DNA from: an uncultured Sphingomonadaceae bacterium
GTDB lineage: Bacteria > Pseudomonadota > Alphaproteobacteria > Sphingomonadales > Sphingomonadaceae
DNA length: 64,000 nt
Direction of reading: 5' to 3'
NCBI GenBank assembly: GCA_947488845.1
Contig: CANLBM010000002.1
Span: 86,799 to 150,798 of the forward strand
Shown here: positions 19,525 through 30,347 of the stretch, one piece after another
How positions within the stretch are numbered: position 1 is the first letter of the stretch
Layout: each line of letters opens with the position of its first letter
Notes under the pieces: generated by a model
What the model was told of the DNA's origin: nothing
What the model saw: the letters and a program-made list of their open reading frames with translations, nothing else
Databases searched by the model: none
Program-made: the position numbers and the translations under genes

Positions 19525-22500
19525 CTATTCATCTTCTTCCAGAACCTTCACCGCGGCTTTGGCCCGGTTCTCTTGGGCCCGGAGCAGCGCAGGCAGATTT
19601 TGGCCTACCAATATTTCGGGTTCGTAATAGGATTTGGCGCTGCTCATCAATTGCATGAACGGCGCCTGTATCCGGACGTTGAACTGGATCGGGATGCGCG
19701 CGAGCTGCTTGGTGATGAAATTCCGGCTCGCGCCATCGCCTTGCTGCAACCCGTCGAATTTTACCTCGGTGATGATTTCGCCGGCAATGTCCCCGTCCAT
19801 GCCGATGGTCAGATTGCGATATCTGATCGACTTGAGCGCATTGAAGGCGAAATTGGCCATCGTGCCCATGTCTTGATAGGTCAGCTCTCCGACATAGGCG
19901 AGCGTGCCGCCGCCTTCCCGCGCCACCAGATAACCGCCGACCACCCGGCCGCCATCCTGATCGAAGACCATCGGCAGCTTGCCGTCGAACACACCGGTCG
20001 CGGTCATATTCTCGAAATCAAACTGGGTCAGGAACTGGGATGCATCGACGCCCTCGACGGTGAATTGCAGCCGCCTTTCCGCTTCCTCGCTCAGGTCCAA
20101 TATGGTCGGCTCGAGATATAGTCGGCCGCCGGCAAATGGCCATTCTCCGCCTTCAACCTGCAACTTGAAGTCGGGGAGCAGACGATAGCGGATTTGCCCG
20201 TTGAAGACCGCGACGCCGGGATTGACTTCGGACAGACTGACAAGCTGGCCCGGCGCGGTTTCCAGCGCAAGCAGATCTGAAAATTGTATCTCGCCGGCCA
20301 GGCCGGTCACCGGACCGAAGGCCGCGGCCAGATTCATGCCATTCGTCCGGAAAGTTCCGGTACTTTTAATACCATTTTCAGACGCATCCCAGTCAATCCG
20401 CCCGACCCCCGATATTTCACCCTGGACATTGGCGATCACACCCAGAGTCAGCGGAGTCAGCTGTTCCGGCTGCAGCTTTTCATTGAACACCAGCGACTGC
20501 ACGTCGATCAGCGCCCTGCCTTCACTTTTTTTCAAGGCATGGACAATATCGATGGCCGCAACAGCGGTCAGCGTTTCCGGCTCGCGAAGCCAGCCGGTTG
20601 CAGTCAGGTCACTGCCGTCAAAACCCAGTTTGACATCGTTGCTGACCAGAGGACGAAACCGTTCCACCGGTTGCTCGTCGCGAACCAGCAGACTGGCATC
20701 GGCGAGGAATTTGCCATTTTCATAGCGCCAGTCCCCTTCGACATTTTCCATCAGCAGCGGAACATTGGCGACCTTGCCGGAGGCGCCTTCGATCCGGCCC
20801 GAAAGACTGCGCCCGAAAGCCGCGCTCAGCACGGCCATGTCGAGGCTCGTCATACTGTCCGCCGTTCCCAGCCGGACGGCGACATTTTGCGCCTTCAGGC
20901 CGTTGGCCAGTGAAAATCCGAGAGCGCCGCTGGAAATGGCCAGCGGCGTGCCACCAACGTCGCCATTCAGCTTGAGCGATGGCGCATTGGCCGCGATATT
21001 CACGCCCGATCCGTTGCCGGAAACGATCGCATTGCCTTGTGGGCAAAGCCGCGCGCTGGTCGGTCCTGCGTTCAGGGATGCGGTGCGCAGGCTGGCAAAT
21101 TGCAGGTTGATACATTGGCGGAACAGAGCAAAACTGCCGTTTCCGGCGATAGAGCCACTGACCGGCACTTGCAGGCCGGTAATCTGTCCGTCACCCAGCG
21201 GCCCGGTCAATATTATCCGGCCGTCGACGTTGGTCCCGCCCTGGCGCGTCGGAGAAAAGGCGAGCGCCGGAATTTTCAGCTGGGCCGAACCGGCCTGGTA
21301 GGTTGCCATTTCGAGCCGCCCGGAAAAACCGCGTGAGAGGCTGCCGTCGTCGAGGATAAATTTGGCGCTCGGGAAACCGCCACCTTCCAGGCGAATATTT
21401 CCGTCAGCCAGCATCCGGACATTCTTGTCGGTAAAGGCCAATAGCAAAGGATCACTCAGATCCAGCGTAGCGCCGGAGCGCGAGCGAGCGGCCAGCGCAT
21501 TGAGCGAAAGCGTCGTCCGCGCAGCCGTCTTCGAAAATTTGATGTCGCTGGATATATCCAGCCGGTTCCCGGCCTGCTGAACGGCTTTTGCCAGCCGCGC
21601 GGCAATCGGACCGACCGGCGTTCCCGCGGTTGATGCCGACAGGCTGCCCGCCTGCCGCAACAGATTTTGCGCCACCTGAACCCCGCGAATTTCCGGCTGT
21701 CCGGCATAGCTGGCGGTCATCGGCCCATCGCCATAGCCGAGCGCGAACGGCCCCTCGATCCGCGAGCTATCGGCGCGACCATATGGCGATTTCATCCCGC
21801 TTGCGGTCAGATCGACATCGCCTTTACTTTGTTTGAAATCACCCGCCAAAGTCACCGAGGCCCTGATTTCCTGACCGCTATAATTGGCATAGCGAAGCGG
21901 CCCGCCGAGCAGGCCGACTTTGCCCGACCAGCTGGCCAGATCCTCACCCAGATCAACCGAGACCTGGGCGGCGAAATCTTCCGCTGTCAGATCGAGGTCG
22001 CTGCAGGCCACAGCCGGCAGCCGCAACGGCCCCTGCAAATGCGGCTTCTTGCCGCGAATCGCGATCTCGCCGAAAAAGGTCGGCTTCTTTATCGCACAAC
22101 CGCCAGCATCCAGATTCTGGCTGATCGCCGCGATTTCTCCGCTGAAGCCATCGTGCAACTCGCCCTGACCGTTCAGCGCCAGCCCGATAACGCCATATTC
22201 GCTGTCAATCCGCAGCTTTGCATCGCTCAGCCCCAGCCACATATCCGGCAGCGCCAGCGGGCTGTCATCTTCGGGATCGGTGAATTTGTCGAGTTCGCCA
22301 AAGCTGAGTTTGCCATTTTCCAGCCGGCCGAACAGCTTCACGCCACTCGCCCGGATCCAGTTGATACCGACGCCGCCCATGGTCAGCGAATTGCCGACTT
22401 CGACCAGATCGGCGGTCATGTCCGGTCGCTCGGGATCACCGATCACCAGATTGCGAATGACCTGTTTGCGAAGCCCTATATCTTCAATCTCGTAGCTGGC

Positions 22501-22668
22501 CGCGACATCCATCTGCTCCAGTTCCGACTGGATGACATTGTCGGCGAGCGTCGTCCGGCTGATCCACAGGAGGACCAGCGCGATCAGAATCAGAACAAGC
22601 AATATCCCGCCGAACAGTCGAAACCGGGAGCGGCGACCGACAGGGTCATTTGCGATTTCATCTTCCAT
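19525..22668 (-). CDS. YdbH family (AsmA-like) intermembrane lipid-transport protein
   Basis: N-terminal TM anchor, long Gly-rich beta-type body, C-terminal GGEWPFAGG, GVFDGKLP, GGTLAYVG, ALKSIRY; precedes ynbE-ydbL. Confidence 0.85.
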   Translation of the reverse strand: MEDEIANDPVGRRSRFRLFGGILLVLILIALVLLWISRTTLADNVIQSELEQMDVAASYEIEDIGLRKQVIRNLVIGDPERPDMTADLVEVGNSLTMGGVGINWIRASGVKLFGRLENGKLSFGELDKFTDPEDDSPLALPDMWLGLSDAKLRIDSEYGVIGLALNGQGELHDGFSGEIAAISQNLDAGGCAIKKPTFFGEIAIRGKKPHLQGPLRLPAVACSDLDLTAEDFAAQVSVDLGEDLASWSGKVGLLGGPLRYANYSGQEIRASVTLAGDFKQSKGDVDLTASGMKSPYGRADSSRIEGPFALGYGDGPMTASYAGQPEIRGVQVAQNLLRQAGSLSASTAGTPVGPIAARLAKAVQQAGNRLDISSDIKFSKTAARTTLSLNALAARSRSGATLDLSDPLLLAFTDKNVRMLADGNIRLEGGGFPSAKFILDDGSLSRGFSGRLEMATYQAGSAQLKIPALAFSPTRQGGTNVDGRIILTGPLGDGQITGLQVPVSGSIAGNGSFALFRQCINLQFASLRTASLNAGPTSARLCPQGNAIVSGNGSGVNIAANAPSLKLNGDVGGTPLAISSGALGFSLANGLKAQNVAVRLGTADSMTSLDMAVLSAAFGRSLSGRIEGASGKVANVPLLMENVEGDWRYENGKFLADASLLVRDEQPVERFRPLVSNDVKLGFDGSDLTATGWLREPETLTAVAAIDIVHALKKSEGRALIDVQSLVFNEKLQPEQLTPLTLGVIANVQGEISGVGRIDWDASENGIKSTGTFRTNGMNLAAAFGPVTGLAGEIQFSDLLALETAPGQLVSLSEVNPGVAVFNGQIRYRLLPDFKLQVEGGEWPFAGGRLYLEPTILDLSEEAERRLQFTVEGVDASQFLTQFDFENMTATGVFDGKLPMVFDQDGGRVVGGYLVAREGGGTLAYVGELTYQDMGTMANFAFNALKSIRYRNLTIGMDGDIAGEIITEVKFDGLQQGDGASRNFITKQLARIPIQFNVRIQAPFMQLMSSAKSYYEPEILVGQNLPALLRAQENRAKAAVKVLEEDE

Positions 22669-22787
22669 TACAGGTGAAATGCAGAAGTCTTCCTTAAGTT
22701 GCAATGTACAAGTGTCTGAAGAGACGAGATTTCACAGCTTTATTCGAATATTGGACATATTCGGCCTGTTTTCTGCTTATCGAATAA

Positions 22788-22802
22788 GTTCTCTGTTTGT
22801 TC
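22788..22802 (+). promoter_or_regulatory. Alphaproteobacterial LexA (SOS) box upstream of radC
   Basis: GTTC-TCTGTTT-GTTC matches GTTC-N7-GTTC exactly, 16 bp before ATG 22819. Confidence 0.7.
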
Positions 22803-22818
22803 TGTTTATAAGCGGGAT

Positions 22819-23523
22819 ATGGCCGCAGAACATGAAATCCAGTCCATCTCGTCGCACCACCGCAGCGGCCATCGCGCGCGGCTTCGCCAGCGGATATTGA
22901 CGGGTCAGGGCAACGCATTGCACGATCACGAACTGGTCGAATATTTGCTCGCGCTCGCCATCCCGCGCCGCGATACCAAGCCGCTTGCGAAGCAATTGAT
23001 CGATGAATTTGGCGGGCTTCCTGGCCTTCTTGTCGCCGACGCTGACGCATTGGGAAACCTCCCCGGCATGGGCGAGACCAGCGTGGCGGCGCTGAAAATT
23101 GTCCAGCTCGCCGCATTGCGACTGATTTCCGCACCGGTACGCGAACAACCGATCCTCGCGAGCTGGCAGGCCTTGCTCGACTATCTGCGCGCCGACATGG
23201 CGCATCTCGCCCACGAACGGGTGCGGGTCCTGCATCTCGACAGCAAGAACCGGCTGATCCGCGATGAACTGGTCAGCGAAGGATCGATTGATCAGGCGGC
23301 CATCTATACCCGCGAAGTCATCAAGCGTGCGCTTGCTCTGGGATCAGCAGCGATCATCCTCGTCCACAATCACCCCAGCGGCGACAGCACCCCCAGCCGG
23401 CAGGATATCGCAATCACCCGCGACATTTGTGCTGCCGGCGCCACATTGGGCATTGCCGTTCACGATCATATCGTTATCGGCCGCGACGGGCATACATCCT
23501 TCCGGTCGAAAGGTCTGATCTAG
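22819..23523 (+). CDS. radC: RadC family JAB-domain protein
   Basis: GHRARLR, HELVEYLL, IILVHNHPSGD..PSRQD, HDHIVIG. Confidence 0.95.
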   Translation: MAAEHEIQSISSHHRSGHRARLRQRILTGQGNALHDHELVEYLLALAIPRRDTKPLAKQLIDEFGGLPGLLVADADALGNLPGMGETSVAALKIVQLAALRLISAPVREQPILASWQALLDYLRADMAHLAHERVRVLHLDSKNRLIRDELVSEGSIDQAAIYTREVIKRALALGSAAIILVHNHPSGDSTPSRQDIAITRDICAAGATLGIAVHDHIVIGRDGHTSFRSKGLI

Positions 23524-23538
23524 AAAACCGGCCAGCCT

Positions 23539-24639
23539 TCAATAAAGGAACATCGGCATGCCCTCGACCTGGATCAGATTGGGCCGATACTGGTTCGCGT
23601 CATACAGTCCCGACACATTGACGCCCTTGCTGTCTTCCAGCAGCGTTCCGATCGGCACGACGCCGTAATTGCCATCGGTCAGGCAGACCATATTGGCCAT
23701 CCGGTCCTGCTCGATCAGCTGCACCGCCAGCGCGCCAAAGGCAAAGCCGACCATGCGGTCCATCGCGTCGGGCTCCCCTGCCCGCATAAGATAGGCCAGT
23801 TCCTGCACGATCGTCCGCTCGTCGCTGCGCGCCTCGATCTCCCGCGCCAGCTGGGTGCCAATGTTAAGGCCGGTACGACTGGTGTTCGACTTGTTGATCT
23901 CGTCGACGAAATCGGTCGCGCCGGACAGCTTGGCGCCCTCAGACACCAGACAGATTGCGTAGGATTCGGGATTTGCCTGCTTGTCACCGAGCAGCAGGGG
24001 CAGCAGCACGTCCATATCCGCCGGCACCTCGGCAATCACCGTCCGGTCCGCCTGCGACAAAAAACCGGACAATAGCGCGGTTTCCCCCGACCGACGGCCG
24101 AACAGCTCTATCACCGCAATCCGTTCATGGCTCGCCGCCGTGGTCCGCAGCGAGTTGATCGCCTGCACCGAGCGGGTGACGGCTGTCGAGAAACCGATGC
24201 AATAGTCGGTGCCATAGACATCATTGTCCATCGTCTTGGGGATCGAGATGACGTTGCGCCCGAGGCCGGACAGATAGGCGGAAAAACGCAGCGTGCCGTC
24301 TCCCCCCATTGTGATCAGGACATCGACCTCGAGAGCGTCAAGGGTATCTAGCACCTTTTGCGTCTGGTCGCCCAGGTCGGTCACCCGCGGATCACAGCGG
24401 GAGCTGTGCAATATAGTGCCGCCCTGCCGGTCGATGCCGCGGACCCGGTCCTTGTCGAGCATCATCACGCTATTTTCATTGGCCCAGGGATCAGAAGGGT
24501 CGATTTCCAGCACGCCTTCCCAGCCGCGACGCAACCCGACCACATCCCAGCCGCGCTGCCAGGCGGAAGTCGCAATCGACTGGATGCAGGGATTGAGACC
24601 CGGAACATCGCCGCCACCGGTGAGCACTGCCAATCGCAT
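23539..24639 (-). CDS. pfkA: 6-phosphofructokinase (PfkA superfamily, divergent)
   Basis: TGGGDVPGLN, GGTILHSSR, GGDGT, PKTMDND, GFSTAV, ELFGR, LAYLMRAG. Confidence 0.85.
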   Translation of the reverse strand: MRLAVLTGGGDVPGLNPCIQSIATSAWQRGWDVVGLRRGWEGVLEIDPSDPWANENSVMMLDKDRVRGIDRQGGTILHSSRCDPRVTDLGDQTQKVLDTLDALEVDVLITMGGDGTLRFSAYLSGLGRNVISIPKTMDNDVYGTDYCIGFSTAVTRSVQAINSLRTTAASHERIAVIELFGRRSGETALLSGFLSQADRTVIAEVPADMDVLLPLLLGDKQANPESYAICLVSEGAKLSGATDFVDEINKSNTSRTGLNIGTQLAREIEARSDERTIVQELAYLMRAGEPDAMDRMVGFAFGALAVQLIEQDRMANMVCLTDGNYGVVPIGTLLEDSKGVNVSGLYDANQYRPNLIQVEGMPMFLY

Positions 24640-24752
24640 TTTATTCTCCCTGTTTCCGCGGCCGCATTGCCGACTCAATTCGTAGCTGCTAGCGGAGCGG
24701 CAAATCAAGGCACTTCATTGCCGCAATCATCCTCTTTGTCCAAGGACCAAAA

Positions 24753-26060
24753 ATGATTCCACGCTATTCCCGTCCCGAAATGGTTGCCATCTGGGAACCC
24801 GAATCGAAATTCCAGATCTGGTTCGAAATCGAAGCGCATGCGACCGACGCCCTCGCGGAGCTCGGCGTGGTGCCAAAAGAGGCGGCCGAAGCGATCTGGG
24901 CCAAAGGCAAGTTCGATGTGGCGCGGATCGACGAGATCGAGCGCGAGGTGAAGCATGACGTGATCGCCTTCCTGACCAATGTCGCGGAAAATGTCGGTGA
25001 TGAAGCCCGCTTCATGCATCAGGGCATGACCTCGAGCGACGTGCTCGACACCTGCCTCGCGGTGCAACTGGCGCGCGCCTCCGACATCTTGCTGGCCGAT
25101 ATCGACGACCTGCTCGTGGCGATCAAGAGGCGGGCCTATGAACATAAATTCACCCCGACCATTGGCCGCAGCCACGGCATCCACGGCGAGCCCGTCACCT
25201 TTGGCCTGAAACTCGCCCAAGCCTATGCCGAGTTCGAACGCAACCGCGAACGGCTGGTCGCCGCGCGCAAGGAAATCGCCACCTGCGCGATTTCCGGCGC
25301 CGTCGGCACCTTCGCCAATATCGATCCCAAGGTCGAGGAACATGTGGCCGAGAAATTGGGCCTCACCGTCGAACCGATCTCGACCCAGGTGATCCCGCGC
25401 GACCGTCATGCGCAGTTTTTCGCAACGCTCGGCGTTATTGCCTCATCGGTCGAACGGCTCGCGGTTGAAATCCGCCATCTGCAGCGCACCGAAGTGCTCG
25501 AAGCCGAAGAATATTTCTCGCCGGGCCAAAAAGGTTCCAGCGCGATGCCGCACAAGCGCAACCCGATCCTGACCGAAAACCTCACCGGCCTCGCCCGGAT
25601 GGTCCGCAGCTACGCCCTACCCGCGATGGAGAATGTCGCGCTGTGGCACGAGCGCGATATTTCGCACAGTTCGGTCGAACGGATGATCGGACCGGATGCG
25701 ACGATCACCCTCGACTTTTCGCTGGTGCGCCTTACCGGCGTGATCGACAAGCTGCTGATCTATCCCGAACGGATGCAGAAAAATCTCGACCGGATGGGCG
25801 GCCTGGTCCACTCGCAGAGGGTGTTGCTGGCGCTCACCCAGGCCGGCATAAGCCGCGAGGACAGCTATCGCATCGTCCAGCGCAACGCGATGAAAGTCTG
25901 GGAATCGGATGGACAAGTTGCCCTGCTCGACCTGCTCAAGGCCGATCCCGATGTCTCCGCCAAATTGTCGGATGAAGAACTGGAGGAACGGTTCAACCTC
26001 GATTATCATTTCAAGCATGTCGATACTATTTTTGACCGGGTATTCGGAACGACAGCTTAG
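24753..26060 (+). CDS. purB: Adenylosuccinate lyase
   Basis: MIPRYSRPEM, HQGMTSSD, GRSHGIH, GSSAMPHKRNP. Confidence 0.97.
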   Translation: MIPRYSRPEMVAIWEPESKFQIWFEIEAHATDALAELGVVPKEAAEAIWAKGKFDVARIDEIEREVKHDVIAFLTNVAENVGDEARFMHQGMTSSDVLDTCLAVQLARASDILLADIDDLLVAIKRRAYEHKFTPTIGRSHGIHGEPVTFGLKLAQAYAEFERNRERLVAARKEIATCAISGAVGTFANIDPKVEEHVAEKLGLTVEPISTQVIPRDRHAQFFATLGVIASSVERLAVEIRHLQRTEVLEAEEYFSPGQKGSSAMPHKRNPILTENLTGLARMVRSYALPAMENVALWHERDISHSSVERMIGPDATITLDFSLVRLTGVIDKLLIYPERMQKNLDRMGGLVHSQRVLLALTQAGISREDSYRIVQRNAMKVWESDGQVALLDLLKADPDVSAKLSDEELEERFNLDYHFKHVDTIFDRVFGTTA

Positions 26061-26135
26061 CATCCGACCCATATCGTCTGGCCACCTGCCCTTTTTAGGG
26101 CTAGGATAGCCGCAGCACAGAGAAAAGGTTGAGTC

Positions 26136-26492
26136 ATGCAATTTATCAAAATCCTGTTCTGGGTTCTTCTGCTGGTGGCAACCTTCATTTTCTGGTGGAC
26201 CAACGAGGCGCGTTCTTCGCTGGATCTGGGCGCTGCAGTTGTCGAAGCTCGGGTTTCGACCTTTGTTGTCGGCGCGTTCCTGATTGGCTTCGTGCCCACC
26301 TGGTTGCTGCTCAGGGGCTCCAAATGGAGACTCTCCCGCCGGATCAAGACGCTGGAGAATGCCGTAAGACCGGCCGTTACGCCGTCAGCTACCCCGACAC
26401 CCGCGACCAGCCGTGCACCAACGCCAGCCGCGTCAACAGAAACCACCCCGGCTGTGTCATCCGTCAGCACCGACAAAGCGACCGGCCTATGA
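26136..26492 (+). CDS. LapA (DUF1049)-like small membrane protein with a Pro/Thr/Ala-rich tail
   Basis: Two hydrophobic helices then RRIKTLE coiled segment; directly upstream of pyrF. Confidence 0.65.
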   Translation: MQFIKILFWVLLLVATFIFWWTNEARSSLDLGAAVVEARVSTFVVGAFLIGFVPTWLLLRGSKWRLSRRIKTLENAVRPAVTPSATPTPATSRAPTPAASTETTPAVSSVSTDKATGL

Positions 26493-27163
26493 CCAACCCC
26501 ATTTTTGTCGCGCTCGACACGCCCGATCTCGAACAGGCGATTGCGGTTGCACAATCGGTAAAAGGACATGTCGGAGGGCTGAAGCTGGGCCTCGAATTTT
26601 TCTGCGCCCATGGTCATCATGGTGTGCACGAAATCCAGAAGTTCAACCTGCCCATCTTTCTCGATCTCAAGCTGCACGACATCCCCAATACCGTTGCCAA
26701 GGCGATGCAGGCGATCAACATGCTGGAGCCGGCGATCGTGACGGTCCACGCTTCCGGTGGCCGTGCGATGATGGAAGACGCCAAGGCGGCGGCCAACGAA
26801 CATACCAAGGTTGTCGGCGTCACATTGCTGACCTCGCTGGACGAGAATGATATGGGCCGGATTGGCTATACGGGCACGCCGCATGATCAGGTCGAAAGAC
26901 TGGCTGGCCTCGCCCGCGAAGCGGGACTGGATGGCATCGTCTGTTCCGGCAATGAAGTGGCTGCGGCGCACAAAATCTGGAAAGACGGCTTTTTCGTCGT
27001 CCCCGGCCTCCGTCCGAAAGGCGGCGCGATGGGCGACCAGAAACGCGCTGTGACGCCAAGACAGGCGCGCGACAATGGCGCGAGCGTACTGGTCATTGGC
27101 CGGCCGATCACCGGCGCGGACAATCCCAATGCAGTAGCGCGGGCGATCGAGGCGACGCTTTAG
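26489..27163 (+). CDS. pyrF: Orotidine-5'-phosphate decarboxylase
   Basis: ALD, KLGLEFF, DLKLHDIPNTV, VHASGG, VPGLRP, IGRPIT; ATG 26489 overlaps the upstream stop. Confidence 0.96.
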   Translation: MTNPIFVALDTPDLEQAIAVAQSVKGHVGGLKLGLEFFCAHGHHGVHEIQKFNLPIFLDLKLHDIPNTVAKAMQAINMLEPAIVTVHASGGRAMMEDAKAAANEHTKVVGVTLLTSLDENDMGRIGYTGTPHDQVERLAGLAREAGLDGIVCSGNEVAAAHKIWKDGFFVVPGLRPKGGAMGDQKRAVTPRQARDNGASVLVIGRPITGADNPNAVARAIEATL

Positions 27164-27171
27164 CAAGTCAT

Positions 27172-27249
27172 CGTCATCCTGAACTTGTTTCAGGACCCCC
27201 ACCGGCTCAGCATAATCTCACGGGATCCTGAAACAAGTTCAGGATGACG
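27172..27249. repeat. REP/MITE-like family A: perfect 24-bp inverted pair
   Basis: CGTCATCCTGAACTTGTTTCAGGA at 27172-27195 and its exact reverse complement at 27226-27249; each arm is itself a hairpin. Confidence 0.9.
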
Positions 27250-27279
27250 AATGTTGTTTGTCTCGCTAATAGCCCTCGC

Positions 27280-27927
27280 ATGAAAACCCAAATCAAAATC
27301 TGCGGCCTGTCCACCGAAGCTTCCATCGATGCAGCGGTCGAAGCCGGTGCGACCCATATCGGCCTTGTGCACTTCGAGAAAAGCCCGCGCCATGTATCAC
27401 TGGAACGCGCGGCCGAGCTGCGCAATCATGTGGGCAACCGGGTGAAGATCGTGCTGCTGCTGGTCAACGCCGACCCGAAGCTTACCGGCAAAGCCATTAG
27501 CGTGGTCAAACCCGATGTGATCCAGTTCCACGGCAGCGAAACGCCGGACTGGCTGAAACTGGTCGCCGACAACAGCGGCCTCGAAATCTGGAAGGCTCTC
27601 GGCGTGAAGGACAAGCCGACGCTGGCAAAAAGTGCCCGCTATGTCGGCGCGGCTGACCGGCTTCTGTTCGACGCGCCTGCCAAGGCCTTGCCCGGCGGCA
27701 CCGGTACGAGCTTCGACTGGTCTTTGCTGGCGGATCACGACCATCAGATCGACTGGGGCCTCGCCGGGGGCCTTGACCCGGATAATGTCGCAAGCGCTCT
27801 CAACGCAACCCACGCCCCGCTGGTCGACGTATCCTCCGGCGTCGAATCCGCGCCCGGCGTCAAACAGGTGGACAGAATCGCCGCCTTTTGCCAAGCGGTG
27901 CGGGACTATGACGCGTCACTTCGTTAG
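27280..27927 (+). CDS. trpF: Phosphoribosylanthranilate isomerase
   Basis: IKICGLS, QFHGSE, LFDA...GGTG..FDW, LAGGL, VDVSSGVE. Confidence 0.95.
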   Translation: MKTQIKICGLSTEASIDAAVEAGATHIGLVHFEKSPRHVSLERAAELRNHVGNRVKIVLLLVNADPKLTGKAISVVKPDVIQFHGSETPDWLKLVADNSGLEIWKALGVKDKPTLAKSARYVGAADRLLFDAPAKALPGGTGTSFDWSLLADHDHQIDWGLAGGLDPDNVASALNATHAPLVDVSSGVESAPGVKQVDRIAAFCQAVRDYDASLR

Positions 27928-27931
27928 CGGG

Positions 27932-28024
27932 CCGTTAGCACTGAGCTTGTCGACCCGAAGGGCGGGCGTAGCTCAACAGCGCTCTGCGACGATAGGCGTC
28001 CTTCGACAGGCTCAGGACTAACGG
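27932..28024. repeat. REP/MITE-like family B copy (trpF-trpB junction)
   Basis: CCGTTAGCACTGAGCTTGTCGA ... CTTCGACAGGCTCAGGACTAACGG inverted arms. Confidence 0.8.
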
Positions 28025-28032
28025 ATAAACCC

Positions 28033-29264
<1,232 letters not shown>

Positions 29265-29268
<4 letters not shown>

Positions 29269-29459
29269 AATATCTAAAATTATGGATGTTATATTTTATT
29301 GCATTCGTAGCCTACGGATCGTTTTCAGAACAAGTATTCTGGAATTGGGAAAGATCATTTGAACAGGTCTTGTTGAAAGCACTTGAGTTTTCGACAGTGG
29401 TATTGGTCTGCTACATACTCGTCGGTGTTTGGAACAATCGGAAAGGCAGGAAGCAATGA
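29265..29459 (+). CDS. 64-aa AT-rich hypothetical membrane protein between trpB and trpA
   Basis: [64 protein letters not shown]; ATGA overlaps at both ends; about 38% GC (74/195, hand count). Confidence 0.7.
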
Positions 29460-30250
29460 CCCGCCTCTCCCAATCCTTCCCACCCAACCGAGCAGCCCTC
29501 GTCGCTTTCGTCACCGCAGGTGATCCCACCCCTGCCGACACCGGTGCCATCCTCGACGCTCTCGTCGAAGGCGGGGCCGATGTGATCGAGCTCGGCATGC
29601 CGTTCACCGATCCGATGGCCGATGGTCCCTCGATTCAGGAAGCGGATATCCGCAGCCTTGCCGCTGGTACAAAAACCGCCGATATTTTCCGGATCGCCAA
29701 GGAATTTCGGGAACGTCACCCCGATACGCCGCTGGTGCTGATGGGCTATGCCAATCCGATGACGATCAGAGGGTCGGAGTGGTTCGCCGATGCCTGCGTT
29801 GCTGCCGGTGTCGATGCCGTGATCTGCGTCGATATCCCGGCCGAGGAAGACGAAAGCCTCGGCGACGCCCTGCGCGCCAAGGATGTCGCGGTGATCCGCC
29901 TTGCGACGCCGACCACCGATGCCGAGCGTCTCCCGCAAATCCTGAACAACGCCAGCGGCTTTCTCTATTATGTCTCGGTCGCCGGCATCACCGGCCAGCA
30001 ACAGGCTGCACAGGCCAGTATTGAAGAAGCCGTCACCCGGCTCAAAGCCGGCACCGACCTGCCGGTCGCGGTCGGCTTTGGCGTCCGCACACCCGAACAG
30101 GCCGCCGATATCGCGAAGGTCGCCGATGGCGTGGTTGTCGGCTCGGCGATCGTCGAAATTGTCGGCGAACATGGAAAAGACGCCGCGCCTTATGTCAGGG
30201 ACTATGTAAAGTCGCTGTCCGATGCTATCAGGACGGCCAGAGAGATTTGA
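29456..30250 (+). CDS. trpA: Tryptophan synthase alpha chain
   Basis: FVTAGDP, IELGMPFTDPMADGP, YYVSVAGITG, VGFGV, DGVVVGSAIV. Confidence 0.96.
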   Translation: MTRLSQSFPPNRAALVAFVTAGDPTPADTGAILDALVEGGADVIELGMPFTDPMADGPSIQEADIRSLAAGTKTADIFRIAKEFRERHPDTPLVLMGYANPMTIRGSEWFADACVAAGVDAVICVDIPAEEDESLGDALRAKDVAVIRLATPTTDAERLPQILNNASGFLYYVSVAGITGQQQAAQASIEEAVTRLKAGTDLPVAVGFGVRTPEQAADIAKVADGVVVGSAIVEIVGEHGKDAAPYVRDYVKSLSDAIRTAREI

Positions 30251-30259
30251 AATCGTACA

Positions 30260-30330
30260 CCGTTCGTGTCGAGCGCAGTCGAGACACAGGCCGCAAGCGG
30301 AGGCATCTCGACTTCGCTCGATGCGAACGG
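30260..30330. repeat. REP/MITE-like family B variant (trpA-accD junction)
   Basis: CCGTTCGTGTCGAGCGCAGTCGAGA ... TCTCGACTTCGCTCGATGCGAACGG; 25-bp arms, 3 mismatches. Confidence 0.8.
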
Positions 30331-30347
30331 AATAGAGGAATGACAAT

